Shown here: in pieces, positions 1 through 14,400 of the stretch
How the letters are laid out: every line of letters begins with the position of its first letter
Numbering within the stretch: position 1 is the stretch's first letter
NCBI GenBank assembly: GCA_977016875.1
Contig: CDRNST010000143.1
Span: forward strand, 868,001-932,000
From: Pavona decussata
Lineage: Eukaryota
Direction: 5' to 3'
DNA length: 64,000 nucleotides
Notes under the pieces: generated by a model
Database searches by the model: none
What the model was told of the DNA's origin: nothing
The model's input: the letters and a program-made list of their open reading frames with translations, nothing else
Position numbers and translations under genes: made by a program

Positions 1-1138
1 GAACCGTGCCAAAATTTTTCTGTTTTGTAAATGGGCCTTAAATGGGTCTTTAAAGAATAGCCTGCGAGCAAGCTGTCTATTAGGTCTGCGCGAGAGGATT
101 TGCCCCCAACCCAATCCTCTCGCTAAAAAAACCCCATTAATTTGGCACCAGTTGCACGCCATATATTGACCCCTGGTATTAGTACACGTTCCTGCGCATC
201 GCTGCAGTATCGGGAAATGAAACACATACGCGCACAATTTTTGGTGTCTCGTCAACATTCCAGTCTTCTCAAAGTTATTTCTTTTCCTCGCTTCCTGGTT
301 AAAAAAAAACTCGTTAGATACTTAGTTACGAAACGTTGAATATCAAAAAAGTTTCCGTTTCGGAGGAAGGATTTTTTTGGGGCGTTACTTTTTTCAAGGA
401 GAGTTTTTAACGAGCATATTTTGTTATTGCTACGTTTTGTCTTTATTAAGTAGAATTAAGGTATATTACAAGGTATATTATAAGGTATTTACAAGCATCA
501 TAAACTTATATTCAACATTTATTCTGTGAAATCGCACGGAATATCGCCTGATTCTTAGTCGACGAGGCCGTAGGCCGATTTGGAGATGATCTTTATTTTT
601 TCATTTTTCTTCCTGATACACGATATACGCACGATATCTGTTGACTACGGACGAGGAATATTCAATGTGCCATGATCACATTTGGGCAGTGTTACAATGC
701 GTTGAATAATAATAATAATTTTGAATATGTGAGTGTCAACGGGTTGGCTATGATTACTGAATATGTTCTTTTAATCTTGACGCATGCCATATTTTCTCGA
801 TTTGCGGCGGCAGTTTTGCTCACTTTAGACACATGCGGATTTGAAGCAGAGTTCAATGTATCAGTATCGTACAGTATTTTTTACCGATACACGTGGTAGC
901 CATGCGGGAATGGTTGCCGGGGTAGGAAAGTGGGGTCCTGTTATAGACAAAAATTGTTACTTTTCATCAGTCTCCATCATCAGAATGCGTCTTTTTGACA
1001 TTGCATGCAACTGTCCGAGTGAAGTGGCAACCAGTGTTTTGTTCTGCCAACGCTCGATGAGACGTTTAAAATACTTCTAATATAAAGATCTACCTGTGAG
1101 TTAAAGATTAACTTTGACCAAAAAAATAAAAAGAATAG

Positions 1139-1400
1139 AGAGGCCGCATGGCCTTGTGGTTAGCGCGCCGGACTTGTAATCCGGAGGACCTGGGTTCAAG
1201 TCCCGCTCTAACCACTTGGATTTGTTTCACGGTAGCCCCGTTTTCAAATCCAAGGCCACGCTTTGTAAATAGCTAACTGGTTTGCCTCCCACTAGTTGGG
1301 AATTTTAACAAAGGTTATCTTCAGTTTGTATCTTTATTTCACTCATTTATAGTGTCCTCAATTAGCGCTAGAGCTTTAAATACTTCGACACTTAAAAATC

Positions 1401-1431
<31 letters not shown>

Positions 1432-1432
1432 T
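1139..1432 (+). mobile_element. tRNA-derived SINE
   Basis: A box TGGCCTTGTGG, anticodon-like arm ccgga-CTTGTAA-tccgg, B box GGTTCAAGTCC, no paired acceptor stem, non-tRNA body and a (TTTA)n tail at ~1400-1431. Confidence 0.85.
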
Positions 1433-4142
1433 TGTTATTCCCTGTTCGAGACCAAAAAAACAAATAAATAAATAAAAAAGTAAAATCGCACACTCTGTTA
1501 CAGCTGAATTTGAAAACCCTTAACATACCGTGATATGCATTAAACCCCACCCTCCCGACCGAGGCAACAATTCGGCACGACAATACAAGTGATTGTCATT
1601 AAAGTGATCTTTCTTTCATCTTTGCTGGGGATTGAGCAAACTAACCGCACCACTTTTTGGCGGCAACATCGAGATGCGTAGGATGAATGGAGGTGTTTCC
1701 TGCCTCAATAAATATCGGCCGGGATTGTGGTCAAAATTTCGATTCGAGATAATAAAAACCGTATTGACTTCATAAATTGGTTGAAGATAAATTGCAAGTT
1801 GTGCGTCATTTCTAAATTTGCGGTCACGACCGCCGGGATTCAGGTCAATGGCAAAATAAGTTACAAGAAAATTAACTTTCATTCAAGTTAAATCTTGTTT
1901 CATGTGATTTCAATTAAAGGTTTGGTATGACACCCTGTAAAAGTTACTGGATCATTTAAACCCGTGTACCTCAGCATTACTTGGTTGTAGTGCTGTTTGT
2001 TTATCAAAATATTTTGCAAATTGAAGGTGTCATTTTTTATTCCCTTTCAAAGTTAGGAGCTTTTACGAGTCAAGAGTTAAAGTGCGAATGGAATGTTGTT
2101 CAATATACTCCCGAAAAATCGACAAGCATGGAAACGGTCCAACATCAGCATTGCAAACGTGCCCGATTTCTGAACGAATCGACAAAATGGGGATTAATGC
2201 CGCTTCCGTTATAATTCATCGTACAGAGTTTACTTAAGCCCAGACTGGTAATACTACCAAAGCGTTTTGGAACAGGCTCAATATGCCTTATCGTGCAGGG
2301 TGAACTGTGATTGGTTGAGTGTAACAAGTTTCACAAATATTAGCTCTGCTTTGGGACAGCTAATATAATTTTCGCATTCACCTAACATTTTTTAATCTGT
2401 TAGCACTTCTTGTGAACATTCTAACCGCATTCAATTCAATTTCACGCATTCTCCAAGTGGGTGAACAAACCGGAGGTAATTGTTGCAAAAAGCGTTGCAT
2501 TGTTTTCTCTCTGCACGAAAACGCTTTCAGGAGTCCCATTTGCAGGTGAGTGAAAATTGGCGTGATACTTAGTTTTGTTTCAACTTTACACCTCCGATGG
2601 CTCATCAGGGATCTAATTAATCCTTAATCTTACTGATCAGTAAAGTGTAATACCAGACTGAGTAATGTACTTCTAAAGAATAACTTGCATATAAGAACAC
2701 GTAAACTTTTACCTTAGCACTGATTCTGAACCATGTTTGTGAGCTGGATTTGAAAGCACAGCACCCAGGTCGACTAGCGATTTATTAGATATCTCGGCTT
2801 TGGTTGGATTGTTTCAAGAGTGCGTAGACAACGTATTGAGTTTAATAGCTGAACGTCACGACAGCTGACATGCTGACAACAAGAGGCAATCCAGTTTGGA
2901 AAAGGAGTGTTTTCTATTTCCTACTCATTTAACACTATTTGATCGAGATGTTTTCATTTTCTATCTATCGGATGGGTAGGTTTCATTTTAAAAACATCGC
3001 CCCCATTCTTTCACTCCTTACCCCGCCCACTATACATTCTCCCGTGAAAACTCCGTTATATGTTTTTTCAAAAGAGTGATACTCAACTGAATTTAAATGT
3101 TTATTGTAAGCGGAGGGATGGAGCGGGATTTGAATTTTTTGCTAACGTTTGTTTTAGGCAAATGGAAATTTCACGGTGAAGTTAGAATAAGAGAATACAG
3201 TATTTCTTTTTACTTCAATTAGTGAATCAAATCCCCTCAACCCGGCGATAGAAACTAAAATTAAATCTTCTTTGTATCACAAGAATGAAAGTACTCAAAA
3301 TTAACATCTACTCTGTGTTACAATCGATTCTTCGCTTGACAAACGTTTTAGCTTAAAAAATGCGTTATTTGCCGGATGTCAGGGTTTCACTTGATTTGCT
3401 TTAAGTGTTTTGATATAGCATTGATACAGACCGACTTTGATCCCCCGGCGGTGAATACCGCCCTCGCAAAACTTTCAGTAACTATTCAGACCCCTATTCA
3501 GAAGAAGCGAAAAGTTGGAAACCTTAATGAAAGCTTGCGAATTAAAAGTAGTCTTATACTCGGTAAAGCTTTCAGATAGTTTCGATTTGTAACAAAGTAT
3601 TTGCCGGAATAATCGTGCACCGTCGGTTTGTCAAAAGTCACGACGTGACCCTCGGCTTTTATCCGTGAAAGGTAGGTTCTACAAGCATAATATTTTCAGT
3701 TCACAGTATGCGAAATATTTTTTCAGTTTTTTTAAAGTTTCGAAAGATGTAACGATCAACGACCATTTTAAGCTTTTTTAGTTAACTGAGGTAAGTCTAG
3801 CCGCTTGGATTTCAGAAAAGCAACGAAAACTCAAATGGTCTCGGGCCAGAAGTTCATTTAAAAAAATTCGAACGCGCCACTGTTTTAATTTACAGAAATT
3901 TCCCGAAAGAATAATTTTTATTAGCCTTTTCATTCCCAGTTTCCTTTTTAGCGTTTTATTGGTTTAAAATTTGTTAATTTAGATTTTCTCACTTTCTTCA
4001 GCTGTCCAAACTTCTTAGTAGCTTCTTGTCTGTTTGTATGTTGTTTTCTTTTATATTCTGTAAGAAATTTTCTTATTAGGTTCTGATCACGAAATTCCAT
4101 TTCCCATTTCAACACATGCCTCCACAGGGGATTATATTACCC

Positions 4143-5480
4143 CTTATTGCATGGCTGGCGCCTCGAGCGGGTAAGATGAATCAAATTCTACGCTGTGATT
4201 GGCTACCCGAGTGGACAAGATAGAGCTTTTATCTTGCCGCTCGGGATTACCCGTTGCCGGTTCGCTCGCCGGGCGAAACGTTTAATCCACGAACTGACAA
4301 TGCGATCTTTTCTTCGATTTTCTTGTTGCTCCGGGGAAAACGCTCACTAAAATGTTAGAAAAACTCACAACATTTGCATAAAGAAAAGGAAAGGAATCTG
4401 AAAACATCTTGGTGTAGTGAAATTTTGTTTTAGCAGGGTCATAAGCTCCTGGTTTTAGCTATTGTTAATGTGATGTTGAATCGGTGAGTTGCTCGGCCGT
4501 AGTGTTAGATCTTATAGAGATTAATTTAGTAAAACGCTGTTGTCGCAAGTCGAATGCTAAAATTGATTAGTTCTCCCAGTTTGCAATAACTGCAAGTCAG
4601 GTTCTTCTAATAGTGACTAATTTGTGAATGAAGTATTACTGAACTCGAAACTCGCATGATCTTGAGGGCATATTTCTCATACTTGAAGTCCTAAGATTAT
4701 AGGTCTGTTAATATTGTTAGAAGGCAGCTGTGTGCTTGAGATCTGAACAAAATTGAGACTTAAGTACTGCTAGTTTATGCAAGTTTTCATTCAAAAATAA
4801 CGTTTTTCTCATACTGATTCTCTCATATCTTCGCTTCATGTCACGCTAGGAAAATTATGTTTGCTTTAAATTGCAGCTTTAACATAGGAGTATTCAATTT
4901 GTGTTGCGATGTTTTGTTGAGAGAAATTGTTTTCACGCAAGGGTCTGCCGAAAATCACTGAAATTCCAGAAAGGAGTCCAGAAGGGGGTCCTGTTTGGGG
5001 GTCCAGAAGGGCCGGTCCGCTTTTAAGGGTCCTAATTTTGTGCCGTCCCCGTCCCTAATATCTTCCCACGCTTGCGAAAATCTAAATTTTGCGTACTTAG
5101 TAATTGTTTACTTCCTTTAAACCGTTGTAAAAGTAGATCCTTAAGATATATAATTTTGGGTTTTCAGTTTTCCATGATTACATGCTACGTCAACTGGCAG
5201 CATTATCGTTCGCGGTTCTTTGCAGTTTTCACGTCTATGACATGCTAAGCCAGAAATGTACTGAAAATAAAGGCTTGCCCCATACAGACGGCTGTGGAGA
5301 ATTTTTGTCAGAGCAGAACAGTTTCATGTTTTGTTTTTGTACCCGTTTGACTTGAAGGTAAAGCTATATAATAAATATCAATCCAGAAAACGCCAAAAAA
5401 AAAAAAAAAAAAAAAAAAAAAACCCGAATGAGGCCAATATTCAGCCATCTTGACCGTTCACGTTCTCAAAGTCGATAAAG
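4143..5480. mobile_element. Probable non-autonomous Crypton-like repeat with internal insertions
   Basis: One end (ttattgcatggc...ctgtgattggctacccgag) and the other (ggccaatattcagccatcttgacc) resemble the ends of the Crypton at 62519-63821. Boundaries are approximate. Confidence 0.35.
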
Positions 5481-5535
5481 TGCTGGCGGAGAAAATACAC
5501 TGGAAATATCCAACATTCGTCACAAGATAATTTTA

Positions 5536-5745
5536 CAGTGCGACGCGCCTTACCGTGGCCACCCAACAAACCTTTTTTACATATTAGCTAATCAGGATAC
5601 GTGAATTTGATCAACGGTCACGCCTCCTTGCAAAGTCCACCAGGCAAGTGACGCAACAACGAATTATTGAAATATGTCGTTTTGTATTTTATGGCTAGCT
5701 TGAAAAAATGTTTGTTGGGTGGCCACGGTAAGTCGCGTCGCACTG
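5536..5745. mobile_element. Tc1/mariner-type MITE
   Basis: ~40-bp TIRs CAGTGCGACGCG...GGCCACCCAACAAAC / GTTTGTTGGGTGGCC...CGCGTCGCACTG, flanked by TA. Confidence 0.8.
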
Positions 5746-8700
5746 TAAAACCCAGACCCTTACCAGTGTATAGTTAGGTTTGATCGTGGCTGATTTCTCC
5801 TCAAGTTCAGCTGAGCTGATAAAGCCGAATTGACTGGAAAATTTCTCGGGGTGGTCGGTCATTTAGGAGATTACGACGCCTTTGTAATTTCTTCCTTTGC
5901 ATTTTATTTTCCATTTTCCTGGAGAAAGAGCTCTGTAAGCTTAAGTTTTATTTTCCCGAAATTTAAGATTTAACACTAAACTTTATTTTGGTGGAATAAT
6001 TTTTTTGGCAATTTTTGTCCCTCGATCAAATTTTTTATGGGTGAATAATTTGTTTCAGTTCTCATTTTAGAACATAGACGATCGTAGGTTTGTCAAGACT
6101 GGTGATGGGGCTGTTATTAAAAACAAAACAGTAAGACAACAGCAAGTTGACACTTTTATTTGACAGTGGCATTCTTCCTTTAAATAAAAGTCCTCAAATC
6201 TATTGGGCCCATGAAAACATTTAGTAACGGGGGCTTTTCGTTGAAGATGGTTTGTAAATTTGACGCGTTCCTTTCTTTAACCAAAACTGTGTTTCTGTCT
6301 GGTGTGAATACAGTCGCCAGTTTGACCTTTCATTGTTTTTATTATGTAAGTAGCCGGACGGTGCAACATAGATTTCACTGGCGGGATGCGGGATCAACTT
6401 ACTTGAAAAATCCTCTCGTTTTGCTAACTTTTCAATTAAGTACGACTAGAATGGCTTTGCGTACGGTAGATAAACGAAAAAGGTTAAACTGCAAGTAACT
6501 TAAAATTCAAGCCAGCCGTTCATAGACGGGTCCTCATATGTATTTCAAATATTTATCCAAGTACCTCAAAAAGGTCAGTGCAATCAGAGAAAAATAGATG
6601 TCGCGTGTTTACTTCGGTTTAGGTACTTTCAATTTTTAAATTTTGTGGCCAGTAAGCATGCAATTGTAGCATATGAGAGACTCTTAAATGAACTGACTTA
6701 TGCTGGTTCGGACTGACACGTGAGACGTCGGTATGGCTTTAATTTCAAAGTTGCAAATGAAAAACTCCTGAAATAGCGTTAACAAAACAAAAACCAACAT
6801 CGACTGCGGATTGTAACAATATTGTACCTTTATATATGCTTCGTATGTTTGAAGTTTGGAATAAACGCCTTCGGGTAAACGTGCAGTATTAAGCTTTGGA
6901 GGTGATAATGGGAATGTCACTCGCGATCGGTATCTATTATCTGCATGCTTGGGGAAATTACTTTTTCCGTAAGCGAATTAGTCGTAGGTACTTGCGAAAT
7001 AGTGCGAATAGCATCACGGAAACTTCCCGCCAGTCGTTTCCAGTTGATGACTGATATGTAAAACATTCAAAACCACCTGTATCTACAACAAGTGAATCCA
7101 TTTGACCCGGCGCACTTGTTTTATTTTCAGTTGATGTTGAAAAAAAAAATTGGTAGGCTAGTATTCTACAACTGCAAGACTGAGAAACCAGCAACCCGCT
7201 AAAGAGCTTGGTGAAGCACGAAAGATAAAGATAATGTTCACTTAGTAGGTTCGCTAACCATATCAAGACTCCGTAAACCTAGGCCTAGCGGAACCGTATC
7301 ATCACCCCGTCGCCGCCCTTTTTCATGATTTACCATGCGACTCGCATGCTATCCGATGATCTTTCATCACTTTAGGCTCCTAATAAAACTCAAAGAGAAA
7401 TACTTGCGACTCTGAGCATTGGTTTCTGAGGAGTGACGCAAGTTGTAGAATTTCAGTGTGTTTGTAAACACAGTGTCCGAGAATACTGTCGCGTGCACGC
7501 TATTCGCTACTCGGAAGTCTTACTTGTTAACTTGTGGTAAGCATAACAACTGCAACCCCGCTTGGAATTTTTATCCTTGTGACCAGCGATGTCAAAACAA
7601 AATCACTTTAGTCCGATTATTTACCAAGGCTATACAATTTCTACCTGTGTGTGTGGCCAAATAGTTCGGTCGATTCCTAGAGAATTATGCCAGTTATGGC
7701 CTTTCTTTAACCGCAAAGTTACGTCATAGCAAAGGCTTTCTACAAGTTACAATGAGTTGCAATGGCCCTTCCAGAAAACTGTAGGTACATCTAAAGATTG
7801 CAATGGTATAATGACCTGACGTTCACGTTTCTTACTCTGACATTCCACTAACCAAGCGACATGTCAGAAGATATATAACACGGAAATGCAGTAATTATAA
7901 GTGCGAAGCTAAAAGTTCAAGTATGAAAAAAAAAAAAAGGTGATATATCTGTATATATCGAGTGATACGTGCTTTGTCATGTTGGCGTGCTTTTGCAAAG
8001 GGAAGAACTGGCAAACGTAATTGTTTTATTACAGAAAAAATCTTCATCGAGTCACAGGTTACGGATACAAAGATTGAACGTCTTTTTAACTGGTACCTAA
8101 TGCTTAATGCCCTGTTGCGCATTGTGTTATCCTTAAAAATCAGTGCAAAACACAAGTTTAACATTGTTGCTCCGTTAAGTACTGAATCTCGTATGGATAA
8201 GATATAACCCTCGTTAAAATCGAGGGTGAATACACACACTATTTACTTTATGTGATATCATGCCACCGCACAGTAAACTGACTTTTGCCGCGAGGCGCAC
8301 TGCCCTTGAATCTAGTGGAATCGTAAGTCGTTGTTCAGCTGAGCTCTTTTATGAACAACACGTGCATATCATAGGCGATCACGTAAACTTACTACAGAAC
8401 TGCTGTACTCTCGCAGCAATTTGCTACTGTTGATTTATTCATCATTACAGAGAAACTGTCACAGGAAACTATTAGGTCAAAGCAGCGACGCGTGTGGGAA
8501 TTTGGAAAAAAGATTTCAAAATGTTGTTAAAACATACTTGTTTCAATTTCCGTTAACGAAACCACCAGTAATGTTTTGTCTATTTTAACATGATAGGCAT
8601 AATTTCCTTCATACCTTATCATTTTTCACAACAAACTTTGCATCACGTCCTTTCTTTTACAAACCAAAGTCGCACTCTTTCAAATGAACAGGTGCATGTA

Positions 8701-11445
8701 TCAGGGCATAGACAGAGATAAATCAGGCCCACATAGTTTCATCTCAGGTTAATTTCGTTAAGGACAGTGACAAGTCGTGAAATATTACGTCAAGAATTCA
8801 GAAACACTATCCCGGAGATCCCTCAGGAATGCCATTTAGCCCATTTACAAGTAGAGTAAAGAAAAGCTTAGAATGCGACCTTTGGACAGAGAAAACCGAG
8901 GTTTTCGAAAAACGCCGACGTAACATCAGTAATATGCGCATGCTCTCGTGTAATTGGCGCTTCTGTAGGCGATGAAGCGTTTTAGTGTGGACAGCAAAAT
9001 GGTAAGAAAAGCATAAGTGGGAAAAGAAAATATTTGTACGTTTTTCAATTTATTTGGTTAGTGTGAGCGGGGCCTTAAACTGCTTCTACGTAATTTGCAC
9101 GAGTAGAAAATTGTTGTTATTGATTGCTCACTTTGACCTCGTCATTTCCTTGCTACAAGACGTAAGACCAATGTGAAGATCCGGATTTGATTATGACACA
9201 CATTAAACTGTTACTTTTCATAGTCCAAAGAGTTTGTCATAACGGGAATCATGTTACAATGGTAATTTCATTAAAAAGTAACATTCGATGGGCATTATAT
9301 ATATATTTTGGGATACACTTAACGAATTCAAGGGGGAGGCAAAATTTTTATGTCCCATTTTAATCATTCCTTTCGTAATTTCAAGTTATTAATTGAACCG
9401 AAACGACAGCTAGTTAGAGACTTATCAGTAAGGTCAATCAGTCAGGAAATGACTGGACTTGAGGCGTTCGGGCTCCGCATTCCCTGCTATATGATGCATG
9501 TCTTCTGTTTCTTTTGTACGAGAAACTTAATTTCACCAAGATTTAACTTCTTCCCACCCAGTTTTGAATAATATCCGATAAACAATATTTTGGGAAAGAG
9601 CTTGCTGATCGTACTAAAGGGAGCCCGGTTTCCTGCTAAGATAACGGGCCGGATGTACTTGATGTGCCACCTATATAAATAAGACTTTGTTGAAAATGGT
9701 TTGTATATTTAAGAAACAAAAGATTGTTGAACTTTGGGTAAATCAGTCAAACAACTATTTCATGGATATTCCAATGAATCGTAGTTACACATTCTTACTG
9801 AAAGGGATGCCGTTAATTATGAACTTGACTCAAGAACTGTGAAACTTTGAACACGAGCACAAAATTTAAACGCAGTGCAAACTCAAAGTTCCTAACGGAC
9901 CCTATCGTTTTCTGTTGGAATGAAGATGACGGAGTCTTTAACAGATGGTATTTCGTAAGAAGTTTTAGCCGGCGGAGGTGGAATTTTTTAATTAGACCTG
10001 AGACAAACGAAGAACGTGGTGGGCACTTAAGCTAATGAGCTAATTTCTGTTGATAGATGTTTTCCGCTACTTCGTTGTGATTTCACCTTGAAATATTCAA
10101 TGCGACGTTTTCAATTACGATCATGTATCAAACATTTCCGGTTGAAATTATACCGTTTCCTTTAACTGATCAAAAGCTCACTTATCTTATTTCAAATGAC
10201 AAAGAAGGATGCCGCAATCATGTCGAAAATTTGTAAAATCTTTTAACCATTTGCTTTGAACTAGAAAGGTATCCAGTCTTTGGTCAACTACTTTTCATAC
10301 GACGGAATCTTCTAGTATATATTTCACTTACAACTTTGTTCTTGTGTCAGGCCGCACCTGATAGTACGAAACTTGTACAGGGCAGAAAGGAAAATGGATG
10401 GAAAGGTGATCGTTTGCTAAAGCAATAAGTTGAATTGTTGAAAACGTGAAGCTGTTTTTATAACCGCAGTGTGATCGCGTGTTAAAGAGCCATTGATCTG
10501 TAAATTGAGCACCTAATCAGGATGAACACCTTGGTGGCCTCTAATTTGGGGACATCGTAAACCGTACCAACAGACAACCTGACTTGTAAATAATTTTGGC
10601 GGGTAAAAAACGAAACATGAGCTGTCCCGCAGTTTGAGAAGGAGGGAGAGGGCGAATCTCGCCACTGGTTTAGAAAATGAGCATAATAACTCGTTTAAGC
10701 CACAAAAGGGTGAAAAATTTTAGGACCAGGTCTTTTGGTTAAAGTTTCCTTCATGTTGTTACGACAAGGAAAAGAGATGGCCGGTCACGGTCTTCTATAA
10801 TAATCGTAATACTTGATCAGATGTTGAAACATCAACCCTTATACCAATAAACGAGTACCAGGTTTGAAGAACGTGTTTTAAAGTTTCGATTAATGTTATT
10901 TCCCGTCAGTGCTACATTACCTTAATTCTTATCAACTGAAAGCTCTACCGCGCACTGTAAGGTGGATCTCCGAGAAAACCGGCGAAATAGAGAAAGAGAG
11001 AGAGAAAAAGGAGAAGAGCCTAGTGGTCAGCGCATTCCCAGTGACCGTGGGTGGTCCAAACAAAATGGTCCCAAATAAAACACATTTCGTTCAGATCTAA
11101 GTGAGCGCAAGTTCAATCTCCAACGAAGTCTCTCTACGCAACGGCCGCACGTGATATATTTACTATTTTTGTTTTTTTATTGCACGCTGGGTCTCCTTGC
11201 GTACTTCGGCCCACGAGTATAGAATTTCCCGCCAACACAACTTCTATTTCCTGTTCCGCGTCTGAAACACCAATCAGATGATCACATTGCATAATTCTGT
11301 AACTGGAACCGATCAAAATAAAACACTATTAGTATTTACGATAGTCCATTCATTCATCAGACTTGCAGAAACTACGATGCCAATAGTACAAACCAACGAC
11401 CCTGGAAAGCACGAAGTATAGTGAACCAGGCAAAAACACTGGAAC

Positions 11446-14400
11446 ATGGAGTTAGAACTTTATCAAACGATATTTATACTGACGACGCTGTTTAGCGGAT
11501 CTGATGCGAGGCCCGCCGCCTCCAGACAAACGGCAATCATTGGACTGAAGCAATCTGCCGTAAGTATCGTGTTGAGCTTCGGTAGTAATAACTTAAGCTG
11601 GGTCATAGTAGTGATCGTAAAAGAGAATAACATATGGGTCATGATCAACTGACGTTGTGTCAAAATACTGTCTAATCCACTGCGTTTCAATTCGAATTTG
11701 TTTTCAGAAATATCCACGTATTTCTCAGCTTCAAAAACCACAAGAGGACATATCTTCAAGACAAGGAATGCTTAGTAAGCTTCTGCCAGTGGTGGAAAAG
11801 GAACTTCAATCCAAGATCGACAGAATAGGAGTTATTAAGAGACATAAACGAACTGGCCAGTTCCGCAGAGAGTTTTTCTTTCCCTCCAAGGTTGACCACG
11901 TTTCACATACGAGCAAACTGCCGGCTGTCGAAATCACGCAAAGGACGGTGGGTCGCCTTGGCGGCCTTATCCGGCGAAAAGCTGCCGCGAAATTCAACAA
12001 ACTTGAACGTGCAAAAGTGCGTCGACGTCGCTATGTAAAACAAGGGTCTCAGTGGCACCATAACAACATCACATGGAATATTGATTGCTGGAGCACTAAG
12101 TTATCGCAGAATGTAGCTAAAACTACTTTAACAAAAGCATTCAGGCTTTGGGCTGAAGTGAGTCCACTGCAGTTCAGTTGGGTCGATCCACCAGCCAGCG
12201 TTGACATTACCGTGAAGTTTGCTAAAGGTATGAAAGAGTGAGAATTTATAGATACTTGGTTGTAGTTTCTGTTCTTTGTCAAACTCTCTTATTTATCTAC
12301 ATTCTTGTTTATAGTTGATTAGACCACATGTAGAGAAAATCATTTTAATTTGAAATTACGTGCCGTTTGCCGCCACTGTTAACTATATGAATCAATTTTA
12401 TGCAAGGCTTAGAAATTCACGAAAAAAACTCATTCAGGAAAAAAACGCGAATTCTATGATGACGCGCAGATCAGAGGTTTTTTCGGCATTCAATGATCAC
12501 ACATGAAATGCATTAGCACTTGCTATCAACACCTTTAATGAACAGAAAAATGGTTCATTTTTATTTTGATCTCTATTTTACTTGTTGCAAGTTTTGCAGT
12601 TTGCTCTTTTACTGTTTCCGTTTGTATCAGACTACTATTTACAATATTTCACATCAACCAGATTACCAGTTTTGTTTTGAAATGTAAGAAGTTCCGGAAG
12701 AGGTTATTCACAAATGTAAATCGTTTCCACAGATTGTATTTTCTGCTCACGCCACTGCTGACGAGCCTATTAGAAACCAGTTACATAAAAAAGCGATTTA
12801 CGAGCATCGCAGACCAGGTCACTGATCCCAATTTCCTCTGTAATATTTCTATTAAATTTTATGAAATCTGCACTTTGCACAATCCCTCGTTTAGCCGCTT
12901 TTTATTCCGGGGGGGGGGGGGGGGTACTCCCATATATGGGCTATATAGGTACGTGCCGCGAGATAAGTGTATGGTTTTTGAGGTTCTCAGTCAGTCCTTA
13001 AATAGGGTATCATTTTTTCTTCATTGAGCAACGCGTTCCTGGATTAGTCCTTAGATAGGGTACCTAAATTGTATCAGTTAAATTGAAGCTTGTAAGCGCC
13101 ACGTTTTACGAAAAAGAAATGGCTTTTTAAAACTAAAGTGTCCGCTGAAGTATTAGAGAAGCGATTTTCATAGAGATTTGTGTTTATCCGTGCACATCAG
13201 CCGTTGTTTTGGTCCCTTGAATAGGTTGTCATTTTTCGGGTTCGGTCCTTAAAAAGGGTATCCGTTTTCCCTTCCTTTACCCTTAAATAGGGGACGTTAG
13301 GGTTCGAGAACCTTCGCGGTACACCCCTATCGAAAATTTTCGGGAGTACCCGCCCCCCCTCCGGGTTTTCATTTCTATTCTGCAGATTTGAAATTCGAAC
13401 TACGTATTCCACATTCCGTTCTTTCGTCGGTTTTCTGTTACTTTGACAGTCTATCATAAAGAATTTCCAGTTGATTCTAGAAAACAAATCTCATGTGGCA
13501 AATCAGTGGCACGCATCCCTTACGTGGTCTCTTAATTAAGAACCCTGGGCAGTCATTTTGTGTCTATGGCCGTAGGGTATGTACCCAAGTGTTCTTCCAC
13601 ACCCACAGAACGACCAAATTCGCCTGTGTGCTCTAACCGGTTGTATTCAATTCGTCTCTTTTTTCCGCGGAAAGTGAATGCAGATCAAACTTTCAGCCCA
13701 AGTTTTTTTTTTTGGAACAAAGTTTGGCTGAGAAAGTTTGACAATACTTTATTCTTGGTGGTCATTGTGTTCACGCCCGGCTCACACCACACCGGATAGA
13801 CTCATTCGATCACATGAAAACCTTTTTCCGGCTAGAGTGTTCGACAAGAAACGATATCGTTACCAAAGTAAGGTACTAGTAACGAGGGCATTCTTTCGGA
13901 TTTATTTTAAAAGAAAGGATATATGAGAGAGAGAATGCACGAAAAATCACTTACCAAAAGAACGCAATCGACTTATTCCCCCCCCCCCCCTTCCCCCCCC
14001 CCCCAAAAAAAAAAAAAAAAAAAACCCTCAAACTCGAAAAGCGAAAATCTGGCTCTTTTGGGTAACTGTCCTCATTCCGGACCTTATTCTATTCTCTCTT
14101 TTGTGTTGTTTTGTTTTGTTTTCTCTGTACCACTAACACTTAATTATAATTCGTTCATGTCGTAAACGAGTAGAACCCAGAAAACAAATACTGTTCATTT
14201 TGCAATTCTACTGAGCCGGACGGTGTTCGTGTATAAATTCCGGAATAGCCCTGCCTTCCTTTTTTTCTGAGAATTATCAACGTTATTAGTCGGGTTGCGG
14301 ACAATTGCTTGGCACCTACGTTTGACAAACCGGAAAAGTTAATGAGCAGTATTCGCAGGTCACCGGACGGAACACCAGACAGTTGGCAGCAATTCTATAA

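Noticed and set aside
1141-1212. tRNA-Thr(TGT) gene
   Set aside because: The acceptor stem does not pair, and it is followed by a SINE body and (TTTA)n tail. Called as a SINE head.
6958-7266. 102-aa minus-strand ORF or possible exon
   Set aside because: No recognisable domain and no supporting neighbouring exons.
9671-9745. TATA box plus possible non-coding first exon for MMP copy 1
   Set aside because: A TATATAAA in AT-rich DNA is weak evidence, it lies outside the duplicated unit, and no acceptor linkage can be shown.
12566-13926. ORFs of 62-153 aa shared between the two units (also 25953-26672)
   Set aside because: They are intronic, and their similarity is explained by the recent duplication. 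The longer pair differs in start and end, and no domains are recognisable.
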